Source of the DNA: Candidatus Thorarchaeota archaeon
GTDB taxonomy: Archaea; Asgardarchaeota; Thorarchaeia; Thorarchaeales; Thorarchaeaceae
Direction: 5' to 3'
Length of the DNA stretch: 64,000 nucleotides
NCBI GenBank assembly: GCA_029855935.1
Contig: JAGSHN010000019.1
Location: forward strand, 41,216 to 105,215
The position numbers and the translations under genes are program-made. This document shows positions 30,801-38,957 of this stretch, in pieces; within the stretch, counting starts at the first letter, position 1, and each line of letters starts with the position of its first letter. The notes under the pieces were generated by a model that was given only the letters and a program-made list of their open reading frames with translations, was not told where the DNA came from and did no database searches.

Positions 30801-31002
30801 AACACTCGAGTGCGGGAAAGATCTTGTAGATGGCAACGTAGTTTCCGCCGATGTTCACAGTCCTCTCTATCATGTGGACATGGTATCCACTGTTCGCAAG
30901 GTCCAGGGCAGCATTGATGCCAGCCATTCCCCCGCCAATGACGAGGACATCCCTGGGTCTGCTGCCAGTCGAGTCGGGCCTCTCGGCTGATTGGCTCACC
31001 AT
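27895..31002 (-). CDS. hdrA: Second tandem HdrA-like flavo-Fe-S protein (no MvhD)
   Basis: GGGMAG and GGGVSG FAD motifs, CVGSR..CNRVCC and CSRVCC, GVFICHCG, C-terminal ferredoxin. Confidence 0.92.
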   Translation of the reverse strand: MVSQSAERPDSTGSRPRDVLVIGGGMAGINAALDLANSGYHVHMIERTVNIGGNYVAIYKIFPALECSACVMTPLTSFVGKHPNITIYALSTVEKVRGSKGNFTVTIRKRARYVDEEKCTGCQMCIRACPVEVPDEYNHGLSLRKAIYMNFPQQVPLIATIDREACIGCGTCAGVCPQDCINYDDKDKLIDLKVGAIIVATGFQEYKPLDYGEYGYGIFPNVVTSLEYDRMSHPTGPTDAHMVRPSDGREPERILFINCVGSRDVRGEIQGYSQHCNRVCCSFGLKLAQVTRMHYPEDHCEIIYTYMDLRTAGKALEEFLWDSQHNQGIKFIRGRVAEISEDPDTHDLFVKIEDTETGEIKELEKISMVVLNSSFRPNQGHEELAKLLKIEIDENGWIKERHPNTAALETTRPGIYVAGCAHGPRDGTDTVNEGKGVAMVANSILPLPEPAPPPDIEPIEVGDEPRVGVFICHCGGIIGNVIDSPGLAEWAKSLPHVVYSTDYLFMCSDPGQELITEAIKEHKLNRVVVGSCSPLQHEQTFRRALERAGLSGYYLVGPVGLREQLALVNAHAPPEVRQEKAQDMIRSGVAKAINNEEVPVKTVEVTRRVMVIGGGVSGMTAALDIAKKGFDVVLVEKTDRLGGRLNELYRLFPDLTPASEIVEDLVGRIERNRRIEVVFKSKPVARDGSYGNYDITVENVETGERTTYRVGTVVITVGTDTYEPKQGEYGWGEVPAVITTLELERRLRNGELKTPPKNPVFIHCVGSRQNPGEGNRYCSRVCCSAVITLQRELKEKFPDIRIFSAYKEHIRPFGNKMEEMWRGNRQMGITYLRWVRERPVTVDRDPDGDGAIVTIYDTLTQKTFKIKSDMVVLALGLEAPHDVNDLVKALGINRGQDGFLAEMHMKFRPVETTVPGVFLGVTYAKNVSDSVNQARGAASQAVVPLTLGKVDIELLTAVVDEELCVGCDLCHYSEICPYDAISMIEVAPGVKKSVTDEMRCQGCGACAAICPTGARDLRWWREKSYMEQIAEMLRE

Positions 31003-31149
31003 TTGACCTCTGCTCCAAGTCTCGGCTGTAGTGTCGTGTTGAACGGGCTCGGCGATATAACGATTGTGTCATGACAGTCATCCCCGCCCGTGCTCGACCC
31101 TCCGCCGTCACATATCAATGTATAAAACGGGTGACAGACAGAGAGGGAG

Positions 31150-31485
31150 GTGGTGTCCCTTGTGGCTGAGGATGAGAATAAAGAGTCAGCAGACTCTGAG
31201 CGCATTCGCAAGTCCCTGTCGCAGATTGTCGAGCAGCTCGAGCCCGCACCCGGCTCAAGTGGCGGGTGGGGCAGAGTACTATCCGAGCATCGTGCTCAGT
31301 GGGAGGAGTTGAAGAAGCAGATTCACGAGCGTCAGTCCTCGCTGAAGGCCCTTGTCCGCCGCAAGAGGGCCGGAGAGATCACTCCCGAGGAATTTGAGGC
31401 ACAGTACCAACAGATACAGGACGAGCTGACAGAGCTCGAGTTCAGAGTCTACAATCTCCGACTTGGCACCGATGTCCGTCCGTGA
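31150..31485 (+). CDS. Small coiled-coil protein with SHOCT-like motif
   Basis: GEITPEEFEAQYQQI; TATAAAA (31121) and GGAGG upstream. Confidence 0.7.
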   Translation: MVSLVAEDENKESADSERIRKSLSQIVEQLEPAPGSSGGWGRVLSEHRAQWEELKKQIHERQSSLKALVRRKRAGEITPEEFEAQYQQIQDELTELEFRVYNLRLGTDVRP

Positions 31486-31519
31486 CCCTGACAACACAGG
31501 GCGTGGGCGCGGGTGCAGA

Positions 31520-32584
31520 CTACTCCTCCTGTGCTCGGCGTACGATTATCACACCCTCTATCACAGCGACCACGGCCAGCACCACCGATAGAGCGCCGAG
31601 GGCAATTGTGATTGTCCGCTCCGAGAGGCCATTGGTCTCCTGCGAAGTCAGCGCATTAATCAACACGCCCAGATTGTACGACATCAGCGTCACATAGTCT
31701 GCAGTGCCAGTGAATACGGCTCTCCACCAGACTACAGGGGCTCCTGTGTCACTTGAGAGCTGCTCAGCAAACTGTCCAGCAGTCTGCAGATCTCCTACGT
31801 CCGAACCGAGAATCAGGTCAATGCTGCCGTTCTGAAGACCCTGCTGAATATCGAGGAGCCTTGGTCCGGATATGAAGACGTTCTCTCCCTCCTGCAGCAC
31901 CGCCTCGACAGTGACTCCGAAGGCCTCCGCGATATACGCCTCTGCTGGGAAGATGACCACCGCACGAAGTTCTGAGAGGTGATGCTCATCACTCATCTCG
32001 CCTATGAAGGACGTGAGATGGGCAACGCTACGGACAAAGTTGTCAAAGTTCAGGCGATAGTAGTCCGCGTCTGCAGGGTCCATGTCCGACAGCGCAGCCA
32101 GTGTGGCGTTTGCAATGGCTATCGCATTGTCTGGCAGCAGCCAGTAGCCGTGCGGGTTCAGCTCCTGACTGTCACTGCGTCCCGGGAATACTGACAGGGC
32201 GGCTCCTCTCTCCTCATAGTCCTCAATGGACACGTAGGGTGTCCCCGTCTGCGAGACTATGTCCTGTTCCCACGGGAAGTGTCCCGTCAGAACGAGCAGG
32301 TCCGCACTGTTCGCCTTCTCGACAATCTGCGGCGTTGCCGTGAAGGAGTGCGGCTCGACTCCCTCTGGGAGCATCACCTCAACATCCACGATGTCTCCAC
32401 CGACCTCGCTGACAATCGAGCCCAGAGGGGTTATCGCGACCGCCACTTGGACTTGGGCATCTCCAGAGGTCTGTGCCCGCACTGGTGGCATCGTCATCGT
32501 GATCATTCCGAGCAGCAACAGCAGAACGACCCCAATGACTACCGTCTGCACGCGACGCATATCACCCACCTTTCGTTCTCGCAT
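31520..32584 (-). CDS. Metal ABC transporter substrate-binding protein (ZnuA/TroA family) with C-terminal TM anchor
   Basis: EPHSF and NPHGYWL His motifs; signal peptide; C-terminal TM. Confidence 0.88.
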   Translation of the reverse strand: MRERKVGDMRRVQTVVIGVVLLLLLGMITMTMPPVRAQTSGDAQVQVAVAITPLGSIVSEVGGDIVDVEVMLPEGVEPHSFTATPQIVEKANSADLLVLTGHFPWEQDIVSQTGTPYVSIEDYEERGAALSVFPGRSDSQELNPHGYWLLPDNAIAIANATLAALSDMDPADADYYRLNFDNFVRSVAHLTSFIGEMSDEHHLSELRAVVIFPAEAYIAEAFGVTVEAVLQEGENVFISGPRLLDIQQGLQNGSIDLILGSDVGDLQTAGQFAEQLSSDTGAPVVWWRAVFTGTADYVTLMSYNLGVLINALTSQETNGLSERTITIALGALSVVLAVVAVIEGVIIVRRAQEE

Positions 32585-32592
32585 CGTAAGTG

Positions 32593-32652
32593 TTATTAAC
32601 AGCTGTGTACGAGATTATTAACGTTAATAGAACGTGTGTTGTGAGTTATTAA
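32593..32652. promoter_or_regulatory. Divergent promoter with repeated TTATTAA and a 14-bp palindrome (probable RHH operator)
   Basis: TTATTAA at 32593, 32615 and 32646; TATTAACGTTAATA at 32616-32629. Confidence 0.6.
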
Positions 32653-32702
32653 GACTTTCGAAGGGCCCCACGCTGAGGGGTGACCGATCGGAGGTGTCAT
32701 GA

Positions 32703-33098
32703 GTGCCGATTGTTGCTGTCTCAATGCCGGAGTCTGACCTCAGGGAGCTTGAGAGGCTTCGAGAGCGAGGAGGCTTCTCCAGCAGATCGGAGGTCGTGAG
32801 ACGAGCCCTCCAGGTTCTCAATGCCGAGCACAGGCGCCTTGATGAGTTGGCAGGCCAGGTGACCGTGATTGTGGCAGTGACGTACTCCGTCAAGGGGCGC
32901 TCAGCCACATGCGACAGGGTCCAGCACGAGCACACTCGGCTGCTCAATGCGGTGATTCACTCGCATACCTGTGATGGGGCATGTATGGATGTGATGGTCG
33001 CCACTGGGGAGTCGGAAGAGATTCGCTCGTTCGTCAACAATCTACGTACACAGAGAGACGTCGCACAGATCTTCGTGAATATTGTGGAGGAGGGCTGA
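32703..33098 (+). CDS. nikR: NikR-like ribbon-helix-helix metal-responsive regulator
   Basis: IVAVSMP..SSRSEVVRRA RHH; QHEH and HSH...C metal ligands in an ACT-like domain. Confidence 0.8.
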   Translation: MPIVAVSMPESDLRELERLRERGGFSSRSEVVRRALQVLNAEHRRLDELAGQVTVIVAVTYSVKGRSATCDRVQHEHTRLLNAVIHSHTCDGACMDVMVATGESEEIRSFVNNLRTQRDVAQIFVNIVEEG

Positions 33099-33103
33099 TA
33101 GAG

Positions 33104-33907
33104 ATGTCAGAGACGCTGCTTGAGGCTCATGGTCTTACGGTACGTTATCCGGAGGGAGAGGTGGCACTGAAGGATGTGACCTTCTCGGTCGAGACCCCAT
33201 CCTTTATGGCCATCATTGGGCCGAACGGCTCCGGCAAGAGCACCCTCCTCAAGACTGCGCTGGGACTGCTCCGGCCAATCTCGGGCTCAATTCGACTGCT
33301 CGGTCACGACTCGACTCGCGAGAGTGCTGCAATACGCAGGCTCGTACGATATGTGCCGCAGCGTGACCGCATAGAGCTCACAGTGCCCATCAAGGTGAAG
33401 GACATAGTACTGATGGGCAGGCTGTTGAAGAAGAGGCCTCCTCGCATAGCATCTCGCACCGACAAGAGAATTGCACACGAGGCGCTGCAGCGGGTCAATA
33501 TGGACGAGTTCTGGGACCATCCGTTCAACGAGCTGTCGGGCGGTCAGCGACAGCGCGTGCTGGTTGCTCGTGCGCTCGCAGCGGAGGGTCCTGTGTTGAT
33601 GCTGGACGAGCCTCTTGCAGGCACCGATGCTGAGAGTCAGAGGCTGATCGTGCAGGTCCTCGGCGAGTATCATACTGAGAATGATGTCAACATCATCATG
33701 GTCACTCACGACCTGAACCCAATCCACAGCTACGTCGACAACGTGCTTCTACTCCGACGTACGGTCATCGGTCTTGGAAAGCCCTGTGATGTGATGGATC
33801 CCGCACTGCTCACTCAGGTCTACGGGCATAGCGCAAGGGTCGTCGAGTATGCCGGTCACAGGTACTGCGTGACAAGAGACACGGGGGTTGATCGTCATCA
33901 TGATTGA
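33104..33907 (+). CDS. Metal ABC transporter ATPase (ZnuC-like)
   Basis: GPNGSGKS, YVPQR, LSGGQRQR, LDEP, VTHD. Confidence 0.92.
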   Translation: MSETLLEAHGLTVRYPEGEVALKDVTFSVETPSFMAIIGPNGSGKSTLLKTALGLLRPISGSIRLLGHDSTRESAAIRRLVRYVPQRDRIELTVPIKVKDIVLMGRLLKKRPPRIASRTDKRIAHEALQRVNMDEFWDHPFNELSGGQRQRVLVARALAAEGPVLMLDEPLAGTDAESQRLIVQVLGEYHTENDVNIIMVTHDLNPIHSYVDNVLLLRRTVIGLGKPCDVMDPALLTQVYGHSARVVEYAGHRYCVTRDTGVDRHHD

Positions 33908-34874
33908 GGGTCTACTATCGCTACTCTCCTCTCCCATTGTGTCGCGTGCCATCATTGGCGCGCTTCTCATTGCAGTGGTCGCATCCACCAGTGGCACGCT
34001 GCTCGTGTTTCGTGGGCTATCCTTTATGACATCGGGAGTTGCGCATGCAGCACTGGGTGGCGCTGCTCTAGGGCTGTATCTGCAGTACACCGGAATCGCA
34101 CCGTGGTTCGACCCGATCCTCGGCGCTCTGCTCTTCAGCACTCTTGTGGCGATGATAACAGGCTACGCAGGAGAGACTGGAATCTCTCAGAAGATGGAGG
34201 TCGCGGTTGGTGTCTCCTTTGCTCTCTCCATGAGTATCGCTGTCTTTCTGATGTACTATATCCCACCCACTCAGGTGCCACAGATATGGGGCTACTTGAT
34301 AGGGGACATCCTACTGTTGGACAATCTTGACCTTGTCCTGCTGGGCGGTACTGCGGTCCTCCTGGTTCTGCTCTTCATAGTGTTTCACAAGGAGTTCATC
34401 TACGTCAGCGTTGACATGGAGGGCTCCATTGCGCACGGTCTGAGTGCACGGGCGTACCACTATCTGATGTTGATCACGTCATCATTGGCAATCGCTCTTG
34501 CGACAAAGGCTGTGGGGGCCATCCTCGTCTATGCCATAATGGTAGCTCCCGCTGCTGCATCAAACGAGGTGGTCCGCTCTGTGCGCGGCGTCGTCGTGTC
34601 AGTGTTCATCATCGCTGTGCTGTCCGAGCTGGCGGGCCTGGCCGCGTCGTTCACCGTCAATGCCTCACCCAGCGCGATTGCAGGTATAATCGCAGCGATG
34701 TCCTACGTTGTGGCGATGCACATCAAGAAAGTCCGCGAGCACGCGAACTCCGATCTTGATGAGTTGGAGCTCGCTGTTCCGGGCCACGAGTATGGCCACG
34801 GCGGAGAGATGGGCGAACGAGATAGCAGTGGTGGGGATGAGAGCACAAGGGTGGTCTCGGAGGAGCCTGTCTGA
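33900..34874 (+). CDS. Metal ABC transporter permease (ZnuB-like)
   Basis: GVAHAALGG, YLIGDIL, VGAILV; multiple TM helices. Confidence 0.9.
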   Translation: MIEGLLSLLSSPIVSRAIIGALLIAVVASTSGTLLVFRGLSFMTSGVAHAALGGAALGLYLQYTGIAPWFDPILGALLFSTLVAMITGYAGETGISQKMEVAVGVSFALSMSIAVFLMYYIPPTQVPQIWGYLIGDILLLDNLDLVLLGGTAVLLVLLFIVFHKEFIYVSVDMEGSIAHGLSARAYHYLMLITSSLAIALATKAVGAILVYAIMVAPAAASNEVVRSVRGVVVSVFIIAVLSELAGLAASFTVNASPSAIAGIIAAMSYVVAMHIKKVREHANSDLDELELAVPGHEYGHGGEMGERDSSGGDESTRVVSEEPV

Positions 34875-34951
34875 CGCCATCTGTTCGGCCGCTTGTCGGT
34901 ATCTTTAAGTAAGGTGTCCCTGTCGGACGCACGAAGGTCGGTGAGACTACA

Positions 34952-35350
34952 GTGAGCCAAGACATGCCTGACAAGAGGGAACTGATGCGTTCGAACATCA
35001 TCACCCTCATCTTGACGATCATCCTGCTGGTGCTTGTCATCCTTCTCTGGATGTGGTCCTCTCCTGACATCGTCGATACGACTCTTGTCGGTGCGCTCAA
35101 CAACATCAATCCATATGTGACCTTTGTAATCGAGGTCCTCCTCCTGTTCGGAGTGTTCGTCTTTGCCACAGTGACTGTCGTCAATCTCCGACTCCAGCTG
35201 ACCGATGTCAGGGCTGGCTGGACCGAGGTTGTCGTGATGCTGATAGCGATTGCCATCGTCAGCTATCTCGCCTTTGGGGTCAATGCGATGGGTGCCACTC
35301 TGATCCTGTCGCTGGGCTTCGTTGGCTATCTGTATCTGCTGCAGGAGTGA
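34952..35350 (+). CDS. Hypothetical 4-TM membrane protein
   Basis: Four hydrophobic helices; TTTAAGTA box at ~34904. Confidence 0.7.
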   Translation: MSQDMPDKRELMRSNIITLILTIILLVLVILLWMWSSPDIVDTTLVGALNNINPYVTFVIEVLLLFGVFVFATVTVVNLRLQLTDVRAGWTEVVVMLIAIAIVSYLAFGVNAMGATLILSLGFVGYLYLLQE

Positions 35351-35596
35351 GAGTGCTTGGTAGTCGTTGTGCAGCGGCACACTCTCCGTGTCTGCAGTGA
35401 CGATGGTGCATAGGAAACCTTATTTGGTCAGCCCAGAGTTGGGGCAATCAGACCTGAGAGGCAAAAGAGCCGGGGGCTCTCATACCCACCACAGATATCA
35501 GTCCTCGACGCGCGTCCAGAACTGTCAGGTTCGCCCATACTGATGAGAGGTTCTGACTCTCGGCGGACGTGATGAAGACCACCTGGAGGATTCAGC

Positions 35597-36355
35597 GTGT
35601 TTGGAATAAGCGGCGCAGGCTATGACATGAGCACAAGCATATTCAGTCCAGACGGACGGATATTTGCTGCAGAATACGCAAAGCGTGCAGTGGAACAGGG
35701 TGCAACGTCGATTGGCATCCTCACCGACAGCGGTATCGTCTTGCTTGCCGAGAAGAAGCTGATGCCACTCCAGGAGCCGGACAGCATCGAGAAGATTGCC
35801 AAGATTGACACTCACATAGGTGTTGCTACTTCTGGACTGATGGCCGATGCACGGAGATTGGTCCAGGAGGCACGGATAAAGGCCCAGTCCTACTGGCTCA
35901 CCTATGAGGAGCCTATCCCATGCGAGGCGCTTGCGGACCACATCTGTGACATAAAGGCGCAGTTCACTCAGCGTGGGGGCGCCCGCCCCTACGGTGTCGC
36001 GATGATAATAGGCTCTGTAGACTCGGATGGCTCTCCGCAACTGTATGTCACGGACCCCGTTGGTACATCCTGGGGGTTCTTCGCGGCGGTCATCGGCCGC
36101 GGCAGTTCGAAGGCGGGTGAGTATCTTGAGAAGCACTATAGTCGCAAGATGTCACTCGATGAGGCCATTCTGATGGCGATAAGGGCCCTTCGAGCCACAG
36201 GCGAGACTGATCTCGTGCCCGAGAACGTCGAGATTGCAGTGATTCCCGTCGAGACGCGTGAGTTCCGTCGTCTGTCGATCGAGGAGGTCGCGGACTATCT
36301 GAACAAGACGCAGAATCAGAGTGAGCAACAGCAACAGGAGCGAGAAGAGAGTTGA
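35597..36355 (+). CDS. psmA: Proteasome subunit alpha
   Basis: GYDMSTSIFSPDGRIFAAEYA, SGLMADAR, RPYGV. Confidence 0.96.
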   Translation: MFGISGAGYDMSTSIFSPDGRIFAAEYAKRAVEQGATSIGILTDSGIVLLAEKKLMPLQEPDSIEKIAKIDTHIGVATSGLMADARRLVQEARIKAQSYWLTYEEPIPCEALADHICDIKAQFTQRGGARPYGVAMIIGSVDSDGSPQLYVTDPVGTSWGFFAAVIGRGSSKAGEYLEKHYSRKMSLDEAILMAIRALRATGETDLVPENVEIAVIPVETREFRRLSIEEVADYLNKTQNQSEQQQQEREES

Positions 36356-37077
36356 TGGGCTCTGGTAGGAAGACTGGCGAGAAATGGTTAAAGCTTGATG
36401 CAGTCATTGTGGGACTCCACAAGGATGAGGATCGCTATGAGATCTTTGTGGACCCGGACTTGGCGTTCAGATACAGACGTGGTGAGGACATTCCCATCGA
36501 GTCTATCCTGAAGAGCTACGACCTATACGAGGATGCCCGGCGAGGCATGCGGGCGTCCGAGGAGCGTGCCAAGGAGTTCTTTGGCACAGACGACATCTTC
36601 GAGATAGCTGCGCAGATTCTGAAGCGTGGTGAGTTCAAGCTCACTCTTGAGCAGCGCAATCAGCTGATTGCCGAGAAGAGGGACGCAATCATCGAGCACA
36701 TAGCGAAGCGGGCGGTCAACCCTCAGACGGGGCACCCACATCCTCCTGACAGAATACGACAGGCGATGCAAGAGGCCAAGGTCAAGATTGACCCGTTTCT
36801 GAGCGTGGAGGAGCAGGTTCCTGCTGTGGTCAAGGCTCTGCGAGCGATTATTCCCATATCGTTCGAGAGCGTCAAGCTCCGCATCACGATCCCCGCGACG
36901 TACTCGGGGAAGGGCTACAATATGGTGGCAAAGGCCGGACTCATCAAGCAGGAGACGTGGAATCCGGATGGCTCATGGACCGGTCTTGTCGAGATTCCGG
37001 CCTCTCACAGGCAGCAGCTCTACGATGAGCTGAACCGTCTGACAAAGGGGCAGGTACAGATTGAGTTGGTGAAGTGA
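36355..37077 (+). CDS. sbdS: Ribosome maturation factor SBDS/Sdo1
   Basis: NPQTGHPHPPDRI, KIDPF; conserved superoperon position. Confidence 0.93.
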   Translation: MGSGRKTGEKWLKLDAVIVGLHKDEDRYEIFVDPDLAFRYRRGEDIPIESILKSYDLYEDARRGMRASEERAKEFFGTDDIFEIAAQILKRGEFKLTLEQRNQLIAEKRDAIIEHIAKRAVNPQTGHPHPPDRIRQAMQEAKVKIDPFLSVEEQVPAVVKALRAIIPISFESVKLRITIPATYSGKGYNMVAKAGLIKQETWNPDGSWTGLVEIPASHRQQLYDELNRLTKGQVQIELVK

Positions 37078-37215
37078 GTCCTGTTCCGGCTCGCATCACC
37101 GAATCGACAGATGAGAGTCATCACAGATCAGGTGAATGAACAAACAAAGTGAAGAACGAAAGAATGAGTGAATGGACGCTCATAGTAGAAACAAGTCACA
37201 GGTAGTTGAAGAACA

Positions 37216-38145
37216 TTGGCTGGAACTTACTTTCAGAACAGAGAACTAGTGGTTCCGGGACAGCTCTTGGCCGAGGGAAGATATCGTGCCTCGGTCGGCA
37301 CATACAGTCAGGATGGCCGAATATACTCATCATTGGTCGGCCTAGCCGAGCTGCGCGGAAACACTGTGAAGGTGGTCCCGCTCGAGGGAGTCTACATCCC
37401 ACGTGAGGGGGACCTCGTTATTGGTACCATTCTTGTGGTTGCCGGAAACAATTGGAAGGTGGACATTGGGGGGCCTTATCAGGCATCGCTGCACGCGAAC
37501 AACGCACTACGACGCCCCTACGATGACGACATTTCGAGATACATGGACATGGGCGATGTGATCGCTGCAGAGGTGATTGCCTTCGATCGGAACACTGGTC
37601 CGTTCCTCTCAATGAGAGGTAGGGGACTTAGAAAGCTGACCGACGGAATGGTCCTTGAGGTCAGTCCGGCGAAGATACCTCGCATCATTGGTCGTCGCGG
37701 CTCGATGATAACGATGATCAAGAATCGTCTCCACATCCAGACGATCGTCGGACAGAACGGTCGCATCTGGATAAAGGCGCCCAATACTGCGATTCTCCGT
37801 ATTGCCATCAAGGCATTTCGGATGATTGAGGAACAGGCGCACACTACAAAGCTGACAGACCGTGTCAGTCAGATGCTGGATGAGGAGCTGCGGGCAATTC
37901 GCGGCGAGAAGGAGGCGCAGAGAGAGGCGACCCCGGAGTTGCCTGAGAAAGGTGCTGCTGATGCCGAGGGGGCCACGGCCGAGACGATGACCGCGACCGC
38001 GGCTGAGACTGTGGCCGAGGCAACGACCGGGACCGCAGCTGACGCGAAGACTGAGCCTGGCTCTCAAGCCGAGGCCAACACCGGCACACAGAGTGGAGAG
38101 ACGCTGACCAAAGAAGATGATGACAAGGAGGACGTGAGTGAATAA
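37216..38145 (+). CDS. rrp4: Exosome RNA-binding cap Rrp4 with long low-complexity C-tail
   Basis: VVPGQLL, YIPREGDLVIG S1 domain, IPRIIGRRGSM KH domain, GQNGRIW. Confidence 0.95.
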   Translation: MAGTYFQNRELVVPGQLLAEGRYRASVGTYSQDGRIYSSLVGLAELRGNTVKVVPLEGVYIPREGDLVIGTILVVAGNNWKVDIGGPYQASLHANNALRRPYDDDISRYMDMGDVIAAEVIAFDRNTGPFLSMRGRGLRKLTDGMVLEVSPAKIPRIIGRRGSMITMIKNRLHIQTIVGQNGRIWIKAPNTAILRIAIKAFRMIEEQAHTTKLTDRVSQMLDEELRAIRGEKEAQREATPELPEKGAADAEGATAETMTATAAETVAEATTGTAADAKTEPGSQAEANTGTQSGETLTKEDDDKEDVSE

Positions 38146-38957
38146 TGAGTCCCGAGATTAAGCCCGACTTTCTAATCAGTCCAGAGGGACTGCGTGTCGA
38201 CGGGCGAAGACCAGATGAGTTGCGCCCAATCGAGCTTGAGGTGGGCGTGTTGAAGACCGCTGATGGCTCTGCCATGATAAAGCAGGGCAAGACGCATATT
38301 ATCGCTGCAGTGTACGGTCCGCGGGAACTGCATCCGCGCCATCTCACACTGAACGACAAGGCCTATCTGCGCTGCGTCTATCGGATGGCGACCTTCTCGG
38401 TACCGGACCGGAAGAGGCCTGCACCGTCTCGCAGAGAACGTGAGATATCGATGGTCATTACCAACGCGCTTGAGCCTGCGCTATTCCTTGAGGAGTTCCC
38501 GCGCACTGTCGTTGACGTCTTCATACAGGTGATTCAGGCTGATGGCGGCACCAGGTGCGCTGCAATCAATGCAGCGTCTCTGGCACTGGCTGACGCGGGC
38601 ATCCCGATGAGGAGCCTTGTCCCTGCGGTTGCTGTCGGGAAGGCTGATGGGGTCCTGATTGTGGACCTTGGCGATGCAGAGGACAAATACGGAGAGGGTG
38701 ACGTGCCAATGGCAGTACTTCCGTCCACTGGTGAGATAACCCTTCTCCAGCAGGACGGCTCCTTCACGAAGGAGGAGTTGCTCGAGGCGATTCAGATGGG
38801 CCTCAACGCCTGCACGTACATCCACGAGCTTCAGAAGGACGCCCTGAAACGTGCATACCTGAGGAAGACTCCGGAGAAGGAGGACGAGGACGAGTACGAG
38901 GACGACCTTGAGACCGACCTCGGCGAGTCGGAGCTACCAGAGGAGGCTGATGAGTGA
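38145..38957 (+). CDS. rrp41: Exosome core Rrp41
   Basis: RVDGRRPDELRP, AVYGPRE, ADGGTRCA. Confidence 0.96.
   Translation: MSPEIKPDFLISPEGLRVDGRRPDELRPIELEVGVLKTADGSAMIKQGKTHIIAAVYGPRELHPRHLTLNDKAYLRCVYRMATFSVPDRKRPAPSRREREISMVITNALEPALFLEEFPRTVVDVFIQVIQADGGTRCAAINAASLALADAGIPMRSLVPAVAVGKADGVLIVDLGDAEDKYGEGDVPMAVLPSTGEITLLQQDGSFTKEELLEAIQMGLNACTYIHELQKDALKRAYLRKTPEKEDEDEYEDDLETDLGESELPEEADE

Noticed and set aside
17711-31002. Selenocysteine (UGA) recoding in HdrA/MvhD, known in some Asgard archaea
   Set aside because: All hdr and mvhD frames are open with Cys at the motif positions; no in-frame TGA and no convincing SECIS seen
35540-35580. Hammerhead ribozyme (CTGATGA followed by a stem)
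   Set aside because: The required GAAA after stem II and stems I/III are absent
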